Assembly (NCBI GenBank): GCA_965656085.1
Contig: CBFHJA010000024.1
Span: forward strand, 494 to 64,493
Direction: 5' to 3'
Length of the DNA stretch: 64,000 nt
Source: an uncultured Aliishimia sp.
Lineage (GTDB): Bacteria; Pseudomonadota; Alphaproteobacteria; Rhodobacterales; Rhodobacteraceae
Both the position numbers and the translations under genes were made by a program. This document shows positions 63,301 through 64,000 of this stretch, piece by piece (the stretch's first letter is position 1; the number at the start of each line of letters is the position of its first letter). Under the pieces are notes generated by a model that was given only the letters and a program-made list of their open reading frames with translations, did not search any database and had not been told where the DNA came from.

Positions 63301-63347
63301 CCAAAGCCCGGGAATGGCACCCAGTGCGCGCACAGAAGGAACGCAGC

Positions 63348-63740
63348 ATGGCCCATCACTTCCCCCTCACGGTCTATTATGAAGACACCGACATGGCGGG
63401 GATCGTGTATTACGCCAATTACCTGCGCTATATCGAGCGCGCCCGCTCTGAGATCGTCGAGGAGCTTGGCCTTGACCAGCGGGCGATGCGGGCCGATGGT
63501 ATCGTCTTTGTCGTCACACGGGTCGAGGCCGATTATGTCGCCTCGGCGCGACTCGGGGACCGGCTCACGGTGGTGAGCCGACATTGGGCCGAGGGTCGGA
63601 TCCGCTGGGTGTTCGAGCAGCAGGTGCTGCATGGCGAGAAATTGATCTTCAAGGCCCTCGTCACGGCGGTCTGCGCCAACACCGAGGGCAAGCCCGTGCG
63701 GCTTCCGGCGGACCTTCGCGAGAAACTGACGCCGAAGTGA
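63348..63740 (+). CDS. ybgC: tol-pal-associated acyl-CoA thioesterase
   Basis: 130 aa starting MAHHFPLTVYYEDTDMAGIVYYANYLRYIERAR (4HBT hotdog fold). AGAAGGAA RBS. Followed by tolQ. Confidence 0.88.
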   Translation: MAHHFPLTVYYEDTDMAGIVYYANYLRYIERARSEIVEELGLDQRAMRADGIVFVVTRVEADYVASARLGDRLTVVSRHWAEGRIRWVFEQQVLHGEKLIFKALVTAVCANTEGKPVRLPADLREKLTPK

Positions 63741-63816
63741 TAGCTTTCCCCTGCAAAACAGGGTATACAGGCCGCAAATAAGGCACCGACAAGGGCCACC
63801 ATAGCAGAGCAGGCAG

Positions 63817-64000
63817 ATGGAAGCAGAAACGCTGGCGCTGGCCACGGAGGTTGATTTCTCCATGTGGGGCCTTTTCATGCGCGCCACCTTTACCGTGAAA
63901 CTCGTGATGATCGCGCTCGTGCTGGCCTCGGTCTGGGCGTGGGCGATCATTATCCGCAAACTTCTGATGTACCGCGCCGCGCGCCGGGAGGCGGCCGCCT
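63817..64000 (+). CDS. tolQ: Tol-Pal system protein TolQ, N-terminal fragment (3' end outside window)
   Basis: Translation MEAETLALATEVDFSMWGLFMRATFTVKLVMIALVLASVWAWAIIIRKLLMYRAARRE matches the TolQ/ExbB N-terminal TM region. Not in the ORF track because no stop falls in the window. Confidence 0.8.
   Translation, partial: MEAETLALATEVDFSMWGLFMRATFTVKLVMIALVLASVWAWAIIIRKLLMYRAARREAAA

Noticed and set aside
1-64000. Defence or toxin-antitoxin systems, secretion systems, biosynthetic gene clusters, integrons, tRNA or rRNA genes.
   Set aside because: Every ORF over about 100 codons with coding-like composition was assigned or listed. None shows nuclease/helicase/methylase combinations, reverse transcriptase, TIR/SIR2/STING-like, PKS/NRPS or similar signatures. 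No cloverleaf-capable sequences were noticed in the intergenic gaps, though this was by eye only.

Overview
GC-rich (roughly two-thirds G+C by eye) chromosomal segment. Gene content points to a Rhodobacterales-type alphaproteobacterium, probably a phototroph (bchE/bchJ, tspO, a VPLPA-CTERM protein, GTTC-N7-GTTC LexA box, FnrL and PpsR boxes). I call about 58 densely packed CDS, many translationally coupled by ATGA/GTGA overlaps. I saw no rRNA, tRNA, CRISPR array, IS element, prophage or recognisable defence system.

Gene content in order:
- PPK2 fragment
- six-gene molybdenum-hydroxylase / 6-hydroxynicotinate-reductase-like / UPF0280 / AA_synth operon
- VPLPA-CTERM protein
- glpD-ABM-glpK with divergent glpR
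- stand-alone bchE-bchJ
- mtnA plus a class II aldolase
- di-haem cytochrome c peroxidase, rhodanese, sulfotransferase
- MttB-family methyltransferase plus DMGDH-like oxidoreductase
- homoprotocatechuate meta-cleavage cluster (hpaR, hpaF/E/D, hpaG-like, hpaH) with an embedded aromatic amino-acid decarboxylase
- cysK, CoA-transferase, DEAD-box helicase
- M19 dipeptidase plus two uncharacterised genes plus tspO
- chaC-like, truA, ycjX-GNAT-ycjF, ileS, DUF3253, ogt, pcs, cytochrome P460
- DUF484-xerC, transaldolase, priA, MFS, MATE, prmA, DUF1127
- ruvCAB, ybgC, start of tolQ

The most unusual signal is non-coding: a very high density of interspersed intergenic repeats.
- Five copies of a ~190-bp element bounded by AAAGGTTAACGC/GCGTTAACCTTT inverted repeats. 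Each carries 4-5 GTATGGC-type units spaced 11-12 bp apart.
- About ten GTAG-headed REP palindromes (GGTGGGCAAATTGCCCACC), several of which supply the TAG stop codon of the adjacent gene.
- Seven copies of a GC-hairpin + GGATATTTTTG-CAAA-GAAAACAGGGG module.
- These three are often fused into ~330-bp BIME-like mosaics.

I found no clear novel protein-based system. The best protein-level candidates are the M19 / 546-aa unknown / DUF3726-like operon and the Mo-hydroxylase / UPF0280 / AA_synth operon. All family assignments come from reading the translations, with no searches run. Start codons were chosen from homolog N-termini and RBS context.
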